Positions 29,607 through 38,878 of a DNA stretch of 64,000 bases are shown piece by piece; position 1 is the first letter of the stretch, and each line of letters opens with the position of its first letter. The notes under the pieces were generated by a model. The model was given only the letters and a program-made list of their open reading frames with translations. It was not told where the DNA came from and made no database searches. The position numbers and the translations under genes are program-made. This stretch comes from Alphaproteobacteria bacterium (lineage in GTDB: Bacteria > Pseudomonadota > Alphaproteobacteria > Bin95), in the NCBI GenBank assembly GCA_022825195.1, contig JAJDYL010000103.1:7874-71873 (forward strand), given 5' to 3'.

Positions 29607-29930
29607 CTAAATCGAAATATGCTGATGATGGCACGATCCGTCAAGATGGTCTGCGCAACATTCCTTCAGCAGGAAACCCAGTGTTTCGTTCATCGCCTCG
29701 GCATTGGCGCGGCAGATGAGCGTGGTGCCGCGCCGCTCGCGCTGCATCAGGCCGCAATCCGCCAGCCGGCGCAGATGGTGCGAGAGCGTGGAGCGCGGAA
29801 CGCCCGTGCGCTCATGGATGTCGTTGACGGCAAGTCCCCCTTCGCCGGCCCGCACCACATGGCGGAACACGGCAAGCCGGGTCTCGTTGCCGAGCACTTC
29901 CAGCCGGACGGCGATCTCTCCAAGCGTCAT
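29607..29930 (-). CDS. arsR: ArsR/SmtB-family metalloregulator
   Basis: Winged HTH (…LGNETRLAVFRHVV…RSTLSHHLRRLADCGL…) with a C-terminal Cys/His cluster. Confidence 0.85.
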   Translation of the reverse strand: MTLGEIAVRLEVLGNETRLAVFRHVVRAGEGGLAVNDIHERTGVPRSTLSHHLRRLADCGLMQRERRGTTLICRANAEAMNETLGFLLKECCADHLDGSCHHQHISI

Positions 29931-30047
29931 GGGGCCGGAGTATAGAGCGGAGACGGTCTTTTTCGCGCCGTAAATCGGGCCGCCGCTTTCGTCTCCCTTG
30001 CATGCCTCCGGTTCGTTGCAGCGCCTGTCGTCGCAACGGCGGGCGCG

Positions 30048-31250
30048 TCACCCGCTCTCGCCGCCTATCGCCCCGGCGGCCTCCAGTTCCGCGATGACCT
30101 CGGCCGCGAAGCCGTATTCCCGGAGCACGTCGCGGTTGTGCTGGCCCAGCAGCGGCGGCGGCGTGCGCACGGTCCGGCCCTCGAAGGCATCCATGCGGAT
30201 CGGGTTCGAGAGCAGCTTCAGCGCGCCCGCGACCGGGTGGTCGATCTCCTCGACCATGCCCTGCTGGCGGACCTGCGGGTCGGCGAACACCCTGTCGAGG
30301 GAATAGACCGGGCCGGTGGGGATGCCGCCTTCCATCAGCTCCTTCGTCCAGTCGATGGCGTCGCGGGTCCGGAACCGGGCGTTCAGGAGCTCGCGGAGCT
30401 CGTCCCGGTTCGCCCGGCGAAGGTCGTTCGTGCTGTATTTCTCCTCCGCCAGCAGCTCCTCGCAGCCAAGCACCCGGCAGAGCCACTGCCAGTGCTTGTC
30501 GCTCGGCGTGGCGACGTTGAGCGGCCCGTCCTTCGCTTCGAAGAGGCCGTAGGGATAGATCGTCGGGTGGTCGTTGCCGGCCTGGCCGGGCACCTCGCCG
30601 TTCGAGAGGTAGCGCTGGCCCTGCACGCTCAGCAGGCCGACGAGCGCCGCCAGCAGCGAGGTCTCCACCCGCTGGCCTTTGCCGGTCACATGCCGCTGGG
30701 CGATGGCGGCGGTGATGGCGAGCGCGCACCACATGCCGGCGGTGAAGTCGCCGATGGGAACGCCGTAGCGGGTGGGCGCGCCGCCGGGCTCGCCCGTCAG
30801 GCTCATCATGCCGGACATGCCCTGCGCGATCTGGTCGAGGCCGGGCCAGCTCCCGTAGGGCCCGGAGCTGCCCATGCCCGTGATGCTGCCGTAGATGACG
30901 CCGGGATTGGCCCGGCTGACGGCCTCGTAGTCGAGGCCCATCGCCGCCGTCGTCCCCGGCTTGAAATTCTCCACCACGACATCGGCCCCGGCCGCCATCC
31001 GGCGCACTGCTTCCAGGCCCGCCTCGTTGCGGAAATCGACGCCGAGGCCCCGCTTGTTGCGGTTGATGGAGAGGTAATAGACGCCGATATCGTGGTCGTA
31101 GGGGCCCCAGAGCCGCGTCAGGTCCCCGTTCGGCAGGGGCTCCACCTTCACCACGTCGGCGCCGAAATCGGCGAGGATCATGGTGCAGAACGGGCCGGCG
31201 GCGGCGCGCGTCAGGTCGAGTACGCGGACGGTCTCAAGCGGCAGCGGCAT
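30048..31250 (-). CDS. CoA-transferase family III (CaiB/BaiF-like)
   Basis: MPLPLETVRVLDLTRAAAGPFCTMILADFGADVVKVE…. Confidence 0.9.
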   Translation of the reverse strand: MPLPLETVRVLDLTRAAAGPFCTMILADFGADVVKVEPLPNGDLTRLWGPYDHDIGVYYLSINRNKRGLGVDFRNEAGLEAVRRMAAGADVVVENFKPGTTAAMGLDYEAVSRANPGVIYGSITGMGSSGPYGSWPGLDQIAQGMSGMMSLTGEPGGAPTRYGVPIGDFTAGMWCALAITAAIAQRHVTGKGQRVETSLLAALVGLLSVQGQRYLSNGEVPGQAGNDHPTIYPYGLFEAKDGPLNVATPSDKHWQWLCRVLGCEELLAEEKYSTNDLRRANRDELRELLNARFRTRDAIDWTKELMEGGIPTGPVYSLDRVFADPQVRQQGMVEEIDHPVAGALKLLSNPIRMDAFEGRTVRTPPPLLGQHNRDVLREYGFAAEVIAELEAAGAIGGESG

Positions 31251-31277
31251 GGCGCGTCTCCGGTCGGTTGCGCGGCC

Positions 31278-32225
31278 TCAACCGTATTTCGCCGCATAGC
31301 CGCCGTCGGCCTGCGGTTCGACGAAATGGATGAGCAGGCCGCCGCCGAAATTCGAGGGATGGACGAAGCCGATCAGCGCGCCGCGCCCGCCGGGCCGGCC
31401 TTCGAGGTCGATCATGCGCCAGCCGTCATCGGCGAGCTTCGGCAGCAGCGCGTCGATATCGCGCGTGGCGAAGGCGACATGCGCCAGGCCCGGCCCCCGT
31501 CGCGCCACGAATTTCGCGATCGCGCTCTGGTCGCCCTTGGTATTGCCCTTCTGCTCGCCGAGCCCGTCCCTGGGCTTCAGCGCCGGGTCGTAGTCCATCA
31601 GCATTTCGAGCTCGCAGTCGCCGATGTTGATGAAGACGTCGCGCAGGCCGCCCAGGATCTCCGTCGGGCGCGAATGGTAGATCGCGCCATATTTGTCGGA
31701 GACGAAACTCTCCGTCACGTTGCGGACCTCGATGTCGGTCTGCGTGCTCTCGACGGGACAGCCGAGATTGTCCGAGAAGACGCGCACCGTGGCGTCATTG
31801 TCATCGGTCGCGATGCCGAGATGGTCGATCTTGTAGGCCGGACCGTCGGCCGAGGGGATGTCCAGCGGTTCGACGAAACGGGTGCGGATGCCGACGGTCT
31901 CCCGCGGATCGACGGCGGCGAACTGCCTGCCGTCCGGCCCCGTGCCCTCGACCGTCACCGTCAGGCCGTGCCGGGCGGCAGCGGCGGCGGGGTCCGGCGC
32001 GGCCAGCGCCATATGGTGGACGCCCGGGAATTGCGGCTCATCCAGATAGGGGTCGTAAGGGTCGAACAGCGCCACGGCCGACCTGCCGACGCCGAAGAAC
32101 GGAACGGTGCCGCCGCCGAGCGCGACATCGGTCCGCTCCAGGCCGAGCGAGCCGCCGAGGAACCGGCAGGCGGCCTCCACGTCGCGGGCCGCCAGCGCCA
32201 GGTAGTTGAGGGCATAGCCGGCCAT
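31278..32225 (-). CDS. two-domain VOC family protein (extradiol-dioxygenase/epimerase-like)
   Basis: Two glyoxalase-type modules (…GVHHMALAA… and …IDHLGIAT…). Confidence 0.75.
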   Translation of the reverse strand: MAGYALNYLALAARDVEAACRFLGGSLGLERTDVALGGGTVPFFGVGRSAVALFDPYDPYLDEPQFPGVHHMALAAPDPAAAAARHGLTVTVEGTGPDGRQFAAVDPRETVGIRTRFVEPLDIPSADGPAYKIDHLGIATDDNDATVRVFSDNLGCPVESTQTDIEVRNVTESFVSDKYGAIYHSRPTEILGGLRDVFINIGDCELEMLMDYDPALKPRDGLGEQKGNTKGDQSAIAKFVARRGPGLAHVAFATRDIDALLPKLADDGWRMIDLEGRPGGRGALIGFVHPSNFGGGLLIHFVEPQADGGYAAKYG

Positions 32226-32228
32226 GGG

Positions 32229-33170
32229 TCAGACCTCCTCGCGCTGGACGAAATGCATCAGCACGCCGCCGATCATGGTGGGGTGCATGAAGCCGATGAG
32301 CGCGCGGCGGGAGCCCGGCCGGCCCACCCTGTCGATGGTCCGGTGGCCTGCGGCCCGGAGCTTTCCCAGCGATCCGGCCACGTCCGGCGTCTTGAAGGCG
32401 ATGTGGTGCAGCCCCGCGCCGCGCGCCGCGATGTAGCGCGCGATGGCGCTGCGGTCGCCGCGCGTGTTGCCGGCCGCATCGTGCCGCGCGGCATCGACTT
32501 CGTTGCCCGTCGTCAGGTCCTGGATGAACTCCAGCTCCGTGTCGCCGACGGTGATGAAGGTCACGCGCATGCTGCCGACCAGACGGGACGGCCGCGTGTG
32601 GAAAATGTAGTTGTAGGTGTCCGAGGTGAAATTCTCCGAGACCGTCTCGGTTTCGCTGTCGGTCTGCTGGCTCTCATAGACGCAGCCCAGCCTGTCGATG
32701 AAGGCCTCTCGCGCGGCCCGGTTGTCGGCGGATGCGACGCCGAGATGGTCGATCCGCTCGATCATTTCGGACGAACCGGGGGCCGTGCCGAGCGGCGCCG
32801 CAAGGCGTGTGCGCACCCCGGCGGTCGCTTCCGGCGAAAGCGCCACCTGCGGCCCGCCGCCGAGGCCCTCCGAGACGGCGCCCGTCATCGTGATGCCGGA
32901 CTCCCGGGCCGCAGCCTCGGGGTCGGCGGCGGCAATCGCCATATGGTGGACGCCCTTCTTCGCGTCCGGCCCGAGGAACGGATCGTCCGGGCGGAAGAGG
33001 GCGAGCGCCGAACGTCCGACCGAGACGACCGGCACGCTCGACCGCCCGCAGGCGAAGTCCTGCCGCGGCAGGTTGAAATCCTTCTCGAAGATCGCCGCGC
33101 TGGCCTCCGGCTCATCGACGGCGAGCGCCACATAGGCAAGGTCGGGTGCGGTCATGCGTCCTCCACGCAT
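32229..33170 (-). CDS. two-domain VOC family protein, tandem paralogue of 31278..32225
   Basis: Same architecture and motifs (…GVHHMAIAA…, …IDHLGVAS…); 3-nt spacing to its paralogue. Confidence 0.75.
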   Translation of the reverse strand: MRGGRMTAPDLAYVALAVDEPEASAAIFEKDFNLPRQDFACGRSSVPVVSVGRSALALFRPDDPFLGPDAKKGVHHMAIAAADPEAAARESGITMTGAVSEGLGGGPQVALSPEATAGVRTRLAAPLGTAPGSSEMIERIDHLGVASADNRAAREAFIDRLGCVYESQQTDSETETVSENFTSDTYNYIFHTRPSRLVGSMRVTFITVGDTELEFIQDLTTGNEVDAARHDAAGNTRGDRSAIARYIAARGAGLHHIAFKTPDVAGSLGKLRAAGHRTIDRVGRPGSRRALIGFMHPTMIGGVLMHFVQREEV

Positions 33171-33185
33171 CTGTTGAGACAGGCC

Positions 33186-33962
33186 TCAGAGGATCTCCAG
33201 CTCCACCGTGCCCAGCGCCTCGTGGGTATAGACGGCGCGGTTGCCGGCTTCCAGGAACTGCGTCGGGATGATGGAGCCCGTCATGACGATCTCGCCGGCG
33301 CGGAGCGGCCGGCCGCGCGAAATGGCGTTGTTGGCGAGCCAGGCCAGCGGTTCGAGCGGGTGGCCCATCGCGTCGCCGCCCCGGCCCTCGCCGACCAGCC
33401 TGCCGTCGATCTCCAGGCTGCCGCGCGCGCCCACAAGGTCGAGCGCCTGCCAGTCCGCGACCTCGGGCCCGACCACCACGCCGCCGTTCCAGGCATTGTC
33501 GGCGATGAGCTCGAAGGCGTTCATGTTGTTGTAGTCGGCCTCGCGGTCGTCGATGAGCTCGAAGGCGGCCGCCACCGCGCCGACATGGGGCGCCACGCTC
33601 TCCCGCGTCCAGGGCCGGCCAGTGTCCGGCAGGTCGCCGCCGAGGCGCACCATCGCCTCGCATTCGAGCCCGATGCGCATCAGCGCCGAGCGCAGCAGCC
33701 TGGCCGGCGAGCGATGGACGCGCTCGGCGAAGATCGCGCCGGCGCAGGGCTGGTCGATGCCGGGCACGACCCGCCGCATGGCGGCGGAGGTGAGCGCCAC
33801 CTTCCAGCCGGCGACGGGCAGGCCGAGGCCGGCGACCAGCGCGGCCTGCACCCGGTAGGCATCGTCCTCGGAGCCGGGCGCGATGCCGGCGGGCAGGCGC
33901 TCGAAGCGCCGGCCCTCGCGGTGTCCGGCGAGCAGAAAGTCCGCCGCGGCCTCGACGCTCAC
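33186..33962 (-). CDS. 2-keto-4-pentenoate hydratase / 2-oxohepta-3-ene-1,7-dioate hydratase family (MhpD/HpcG-like)
   Basis: …GWKVALTS…; start trimmed to the GTG that overlaps the upstream stop as GTGA. Confidence 0.7.
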   Translation of the reverse strand: MSVEAAADFLLAGHREGRRFERLPAGIAPGSEDDAYRVQAALVAGLGLPVAGWKVALTSAAMRRVVPGIDQPCAGAIFAERVHRSPARLLRSALMRIGLECEAMVRLGGDLPDTGRPWTRESVAPHVGAVAAAFELIDDREADYNNMNAFELIADNAWNGGVVVGPEVADWQALDLVGARGSLEIDGRLVGEGRGGDAMGHPLEPLAWLANNAISRGRPLRAGEIVMTGSIIPTQFLEAGNRAVYTHEALGTVELEIL

Positions 33963-34360
33963 ACGCCCATCTCCTCGAACACCTTCGAGGCTTCCCGGAA
34001 CGCCTCGACGGCGGCAGGCACGCCCGCATAGATGCCGACCTGCAGGAACACCTCGGCGATCTCTTCCTTGGTGACGCCGTTGTTGAGCGCGCCGCGCGTG
34101 TGCAGGCGGAGTTCGTGGGTGCGGCCGAGGGCAGCCAGCATGGTCAGGTTCATGATGCTGCGGGTCTTGTCCGGCAGGCCGTCGCGGCACCACACCGTGC
34201 CCCAGCAATATTCGGTGACGAATTGCTGGAGCTGGTGGGCGAAATCGTCCTCCGCGCCCCGGGCGATGGAGGGGCCGACATAGTCTTCGCCGAGTACCCG
34301 GCGGCGGGCTTCCAGGCCCTGCTCGAAGCCGGGCGTGCGGTTATAGCTGCTGAGGTCCAT
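33959..34360 (-). CDS. carboxymuconolactone decarboxylase (AhpD-like) family protein
   Basis: …FVTEYCWGTVWCRDGL…; trimmed to MDLSSYNRTPGF…. Confidence 0.8.
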   Translation of the reverse strand: MDLSSYNRTPGFEQGLEARRRVLGEDYVGPSIARGAEDDFAHQLQQFVTEYCWGTVWCRDGLPDKTRSIMNLTMLAALGRTHELRLHTRGALNNGVTKEEIAEVFLQVGIYAGVPAAVEAFREASKVFEEMGV

Positions 34361-34538
34361 GGGTTCGCTTCCGTTTCGGTCCCGCCCAGCAAAGCCCATT
34401 CGCGCTCCGCGCTCAAGCGCGGCCTTCAGGCGTTCCCGCAGGAAAGGAGACATTCGCAAATTGCGTCGCGCACCGTCCGGGACGACGGCGAGGCCATGCC
34501 GGATCGGGGAGGGGGCCGGCGGCGGGAAGACGCGCCGT

Positions 34539-34871
34539 TCAGCCCACGGGGCAGAAATCGTAGGTGCCGATACCCTGCACGATCAGGAAGCGGGCGCGGG
34601 CGCCGTCCTTTCCGGTGACGCGGTGCGCGGTCATTCTCGGCACCGCGCAGCTCTCGCCGACCTCCAGCAGGTAACGCGCCCTCGGCGCGCGGGTTTCCAC
34701 CGAGAGCGTGCCTTCGAGGCAGTAGAAGGTGTCCTCGATCTCGCTGTGATAGTGCCAGGGCACTTCCTGCCCTTCCGCGAGCGTCAGGATGCCGACCCGC
34801 AGCGTGTCGGTTTCGGCCACCGTCTCGCGGCGCTCGATGACATAGGGCCGTGCGTCGGGGTCTGTCATAGT
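34539..34871 (-). CDS. cupin domain protein
   Basis: …WHYHSEIEDTFYCLEGTLSVE…; trimmed to MTDPDARPYV…. Confidence 0.7.
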   Translation of the reverse strand, partial: TMTDPDARPYVIERRETVAETDTLRVGILTLAEGQEVPWHYHSEIEDTFYCLEGTLSVETRAPRARYLLEVGESCAVPRMTAHRVTGKDGARARFLIVQGIGTYDFCPVG

Positions 34872-34982
34872 CGGGTCGCTCTCCGTGCGCGACACGGCGC
34901 AACCGGTAACGTCTCTGTTGCGACAAGTCGTAAGTGCCGCCTCCAAACCCGTCAAGGCGGACTTCGTTCCCCGGGACTGCCG

Positions 34983-35423
34983 TTACGCACCGCTCGCCGA
35001 AATATCGGCGAGATGCAGGGTACGGTCCGCAAGGTAAGGATGGGCGCGCACCTTGTCGTGGAAACGCGCGTCGGCGGTCACGACCGGATATTGCGTATGG
35101 ATCGCGAGCGCGAGGTAGAAGCAGTCGTAAACCGGATGGTCCAGATCGCTCGCCAGCCGCGTTGCCGCCGCCATGAGGTCCGGCATCGACAGGGGCGTCG
35201 AAACCGGAGCTACCCGCAAGGTCTCCACCGCCTCTGCGAGGTCGGAGGCCGCAATATCGCCGCGCCGACGCATGGCCCAGAGCGCATTGGCAGCCTCGGC
35301 GAACAGGAGCGGCGGCGCGGCAAGCGTCGAGTCGCCGTCCAGCAGGGCAGCCGCCTTGTCCGAAAGAACTTCCTCGACCAGCCATTTCACCGCGACGCTG
35401 GCATCGACGACATAGCCGGTCAC
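34983..35423 (-). CDS. vapC: type II TA toxin, VapC family (PIN domain)
   Basis: MTGYVVDASVAVKWL… PIN acidic-residue pattern; ATGA-overlapped by the upstream antitoxin. Confidence 0.85.
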   Translation of the reverse strand: MTGYVVDASVAVKWLVEEVLSDKAAALLDGDSTLAAPPLLFAEAANALWAMRRRGDIAASDLAEAVETLRVAPVSTPLSMPDLMAAATRLASDLDHPVYDCFYLALAIHTQYPVVTADARFHDKVRAHPYLADRTLHLADISASGA

Positions 35424-35656
35424 GCCATGCTTTCCCGGTCCCGGTCCGCTCGTATCGTAGCAGTGCTATCGACCGAGGAGCGAAGCCGCCGCCGCAACGC
35501 AGCTGCGCGTGCGGCAAACTCTTCTTCCGTTCCCAGCAACGTTTCCCGCAGGATGGCCCGATGCTCGGCTTCAGCGGACCGTCCATTGGACGCTGCGCGC
35601 TGCTTCAGCGCGCCGACGACCTCCTCGCTCAGCTTTCTTACGGTGAGTTGGGCCAT
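35420..35656 (-). CDS. vapB: VapB/FitA-like ribbon-helix-helix antitoxin
   Basis: MAQLTVRKLSEEVVGALKQRAASNGRSAEAEHRAILRETL. Confidence 0.75.
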   Translation of the reverse strand: MAQLTVRKLSEEVVGALKQRAASNGRSAEAEHRAILRETLLGTEEEFAARAAALRRRLRSSVDSTATIRADRDRESMA

Positions 35657-35816
35657 CCGGAATGTCTTCTTTGCTGCGTCTGCAATGACAGCATATATAG
35701 CCAGCTTGCCTTTGCCGGGCAATCCTGCCGGCCCCCGCCATTGCGCAGCGCGGGCTTCGCTCCTAGATAGGGTCGGGCCGCTGGCGGGAGCGGCATTCGG
35801 AGGTCGCGGGCAGGCC

Positions 35817-36656
35817 ATGGGTATTCCGTTCGTCAAGATGCACGGGCTCGGCAACGATTTCGTCGTGCTGGATGCGCGCGCCCGGCCGCTCGACTGGTCC
35901 GAGGCGGGCTACCGCCGCGTGGCGGACCGGCGCACCGGCATCGGCTGCGACCAGTTCATGGTGCTGCGCCCGCCGGCCGGCGGCGGCGACGTGTTCATGG
36001 AAATCCGCAATGCCGACGGCGGCGAGGTCGAGGCCTGCGGCAACGGCACGCGCTGCGTGGCGGCGCTCCTGTTCGACGAGCGGGGCCGGGACGAGGCCGC
36101 GGTCGAGACCGTCGCGGGAACGCTCCGGGCGGCGCGCGCACCGGCGGGGCTGGTGCGCGTGGACATGGGACCGGCGCGGCTCGCCTGGGACGAGATTCCC
36201 TTGGCCGGCCCGGCGGACACGCTTTGCCTCGACCTCGCCCGGGGCCCGCTGGCGGGACCGGTGGCGACCAATGTCGGCAATCCGCACGCCACCTTCTTCG
36301 TGGAGGACGCCGAAGCGGTGGACCTGGAGCGCTGGGGCCCCGAGATCGAGCATGACGCCCTCTTCCCGGAGCGCGCCAATGTCGGCGTGGTCCGCATGGA
36401 GGGACGGGAGGCGATGCGGCTCCGCGTCTGGGAGCGCGGCGTCGGCATCACCCGCGCCTGTGGCACCGGAGCCTGCGCGGCAACCGCCGCCGCCGTGCGC
36501 CGGGGCCTCGGCGAGCGCCGGATCGAAGTGCGGCTCGACGGCGGGGCGCTCGAAATCGAGTGGCGCGAGGGCAACGGCCACCTGCTGATGACCGGGCCGG
36601 CCGCGGTGAGCTTCCGCGGCGAGCTCGAGGCGCATGTGCCGGAGGCGGGGCCGTGA
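35817..36656 (+). CDS. dapF: diaminopimelate epimerase
   Basis: …FVKMHGLGNDFVVLD…CGNGTRC…ACGTGACA…. Confidence 0.9.
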   Translation: MGIPFVKMHGLGNDFVVLDARARPLDWSEAGYRRVADRRTGIGCDQFMVLRPPAGGGDVFMEIRNADGGEVEACGNGTRCVAALLFDERGRDEAAVETVAGTLRAARAPAGLVRVDMGPARLAWDEIPLAGPADTLCLDLARGPLAGPVATNVGNPHATFFVEDAEAVDLERWGPEIEHDALFPERANVGVVRMEGREAMRLRVWERGVGITRACGTGACAATAAAVRRGLGERRIEVRLDGGALEIEWREGNGHLLMTGPAAVSFRGELEAHVPEAGP

Positions 36657-37897
36657 CCGCAGAAATCGTCACCTTCGGCTGCCGCCTCAACGCCTGGGAA
36701 TCCGAGGCCATGCGCCGGCTGACGGCCGAGGCCGGTCTCGGCGAGGCCGTCGTCTTCAACACCTGCGCGGTCACGGCCGAGGCCGAGCGGCAGGCGCGGC
36801 AGGCGATCCGCAGGGCCCGGCGCGAACGGCCCGGCGCCGAAATCGTGGTGACCGGCTGCGCCGCGCAGATCGCGCCCGGGCGCTGGCTCGCCATGGAAGA
36901 GGTGGACCGGGTCGTCGGCAATGCCGAGAAGCTGACTGCCGAGGCCTGGAAGCCGGACGCGCCCGCGGCGCTGGTGGACGACATCATGAGCGTGCGCGAG
37001 ACGGCGGCGCATCTGCTCGACGGCTTCGGTGGCCGGGCGCGGGCCTTCGTGCAGGTGCAGCAGGGCTGCGACCACCGCTGCACCTTCTGCATCATCCCCT
37101 ACGGGCGCGGCCCCGGCCGCAGCGTGCCGCTCGGCGGCGTCGCGGCGCAGGTCCGCCGGCTGCTGGAGGCGGGCGCTGCCGAAATCGTGCTGACCGGGGT
37201 GGACATCGCCTCCTGGGGCGCGGACCTGCCGGGCGCGCCGCGGCTGGGGCAGCTTGTCCGCCGCCTGCTGGCGCAGGTGCCGGAGCTTCGCCGGCTCAGG
37301 CTCTCCTCCGTCGATCCCGCCGCCGTGGACGATGAGCTCTTCCGGTTGCTGGCGGAGGAACCCCGGCTGATGCCGCATCTGCACCTCTCCGTGCAGGCGG
37401 GCGACGACATGGTGCTGAAGCGGATGAAGCGCCGGCACAGCGCGGCCGATATCGTCTCGCTTTGCGAAAGGCTCAGGGCGCTGCGCCCGGAAATCGCCTT
37501 CGGGGCGGACCTGATCGCCGGCTTCCCGACCGAAACGGAAGCGATGTTCGCCCGCAGCCTCGAACTGGTGGAGGCCTGCCCGCTCACCTGGCTGCATGTC
37601 TTTCCCTATTCGCCGCGCCGGGGCACGCCGGCGGCGCGGATGCCGCAGGTGGCGGCGCCGGTGCGCAGGGAACGCGCGCGCCGGCTCAGGGCGGCGGGCG
37701 GGGCGGCAGCCGCGCGCTTCCTCGAAGGCCGGGTCGGCCTGACGGAGCGCGTTGCGGTCGAGCGCGAGGGCGTCGGACGCACCGAGCAGTTCGCGCCGGC
37801 CCGCCTGGTAGGCCCGGCCCGGCCCGGTTCGGTGCGGCGCGCGCGTGTGTGCCGGGTCGAGGAGGAACGGCTCGTCGCGGAGGTCCTCGCGGCGTGA
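36653..37897 (+). CDS. mtaB: tRNA methylthiotransferase MtaB (MiaB-like radical SAM)
   Basis: UPF0004 N-domain cysteines and the radical-SAM motif QGCDHRCTFCIIP; GTG start in a GTGA overlap with dapF. Confidence 0.85.
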   Translation: MTAEIVTFGCRLNAWESEAMRRLTAEAGLGEAVVFNTCAVTAEAERQARQAIRRARRERPGAEIVVTGCAAQIAPGRWLAMEEVDRVVGNAEKLTAEAWKPDAPAALVDDIMSVRETAAHLLDGFGGRARAFVQVQQGCDHRCTFCIIPYGRGPGRSVPLGGVAAQVRRLLEAGAAEIVLTGVDIASWGADLPGAPRLGQLVRRLLAQVPELRRLRLSSVDPAAVDDELFRLLAEEPRLMPHLHLSVQAGDDMVLKRMKRRHSAADIVSLCERLRALRPEIAFGADLIAGFPTETEAMFARSLELVEACPLTWLHVFPYSPRRGTPAARMPQVAAPVRRERARRLRAAGGAAAARFLEGRVGLTERVAVEREGVGRTEQFAPARLVGPARPGSVRRARVCRVEEERLVAEVLAA

Positions 37898-38808
37898 GTT
37901 GGCTTCAGCGGCTGAGACGGGGGCTGTCGCGATCTTCCGACCGCCTCGCCGACGGGATTGCGGGCATCTTCAACCGGCGCCGGCTGGACGATGAGGCGCT
38001 GGAGGAACTGGAAGACCTGCTCATCATGGCCGATCTGGGGCCGGCCACCGCCGCACGGCTCGCCGCCGGCCTCGGGCGCACGCGCTTCGGCAAGGAGGTT
38101 TCCGGCGAGGAAGTGCGCGGCGTGCTGGCCGAGGAGATCGCCGGCCTGCTGGAGCCGGTAGCGCGCCCGCTCGTCGCCGATCCGGCGCGCAAGCCGCATG
38201 TCATCCTGGTCGTGGGCGTGAACGGCACCGGCAAGACGACGACGATCGGCAAGCTGGCGCACGCCTTCCGCGCCGGGGGAAAGACCGTGCTGCTGGCGGC
38301 GGGCGACACCTTCCGCGCGGCGGCGGTCGAGCAGCTGCAGCTATGGGGGGAGCGGGTCGGCGCGCCGGTCGTGGCGCGGCCGGCGGGGGCGGACGCCGCG
38401 GGCCTCGTCTTCGACGCTCACGCGCAGGCGATCGGCGAGGGCATCGACATCCTGCTGATCGACACCGCCGGGCGGCTGCACAACAAGGCCAATCTGATGG
38501 ACGAGTTGCGCAAGATTACCCGCGTGATCGCCAAGCAGGACGCGGATGCGCCGCACGACACCGTGCTCACCCTCGACGCCACCACCGGGCAGAACGCGTT
38601 GCAACAGGTCCGTGCCTTCCGGGACATGGCGGAGGTGACGGGCCTGATCGTGACCAAGCTCGACGGCTCGGCGAGAGGAGGCGTCGTCGTGGCGCTCGCG
38701 GAGAGTGTCGGCCTGCCGGTCCACGCCGTCGGCGTCGGCGAAGGCGAGGAAGACCTCCGCCCCTTCGCCCCCCGGGACTTCGCCCGCAGCCTGATGGGGC
38801 TGGAGTGA
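37894..38808 (+). CDS. ftsY: signal recognition particle receptor FtsY (short form)
   Basis: …VGVNGTGKTTTIGKLA…DTAGRLHN…; GTG start in a GTGA overlap with mtaB. Confidence 0.9.
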   Translation: MSWLQRLRRGLSRSSDRLADGIAGIFNRRRLDDEALEELEDLLIMADLGPATAARLAAGLGRTRFGKEVSGEEVRGVLAEEIAGLLEPVARPLVADPARKPHVILVVGVNGTGKTTTIGKLAHAFRAGGKTVLLAAGDTFRAAAVEQLQLWGERVGAPVVARPAGADAAGLVFDAHAQAIGEGIDILLIDTAGRLHNKANLMDELRKITRVIAKQDADAPHDTVLTLDATTGQNALQQVRAFRDMAEVTGLIVTKLDGSARGGVVVALAESVGLPVHAVGVGEGEEDLRPFAPRDFARSLMGLE

Positions 38809-38878
38809 GGGGGCGGGGCGACCGGTTGCGACAGTCCGTTTCGTCTGGCGCGACGGGATCGAAGGAGAGGTAAGCGAT

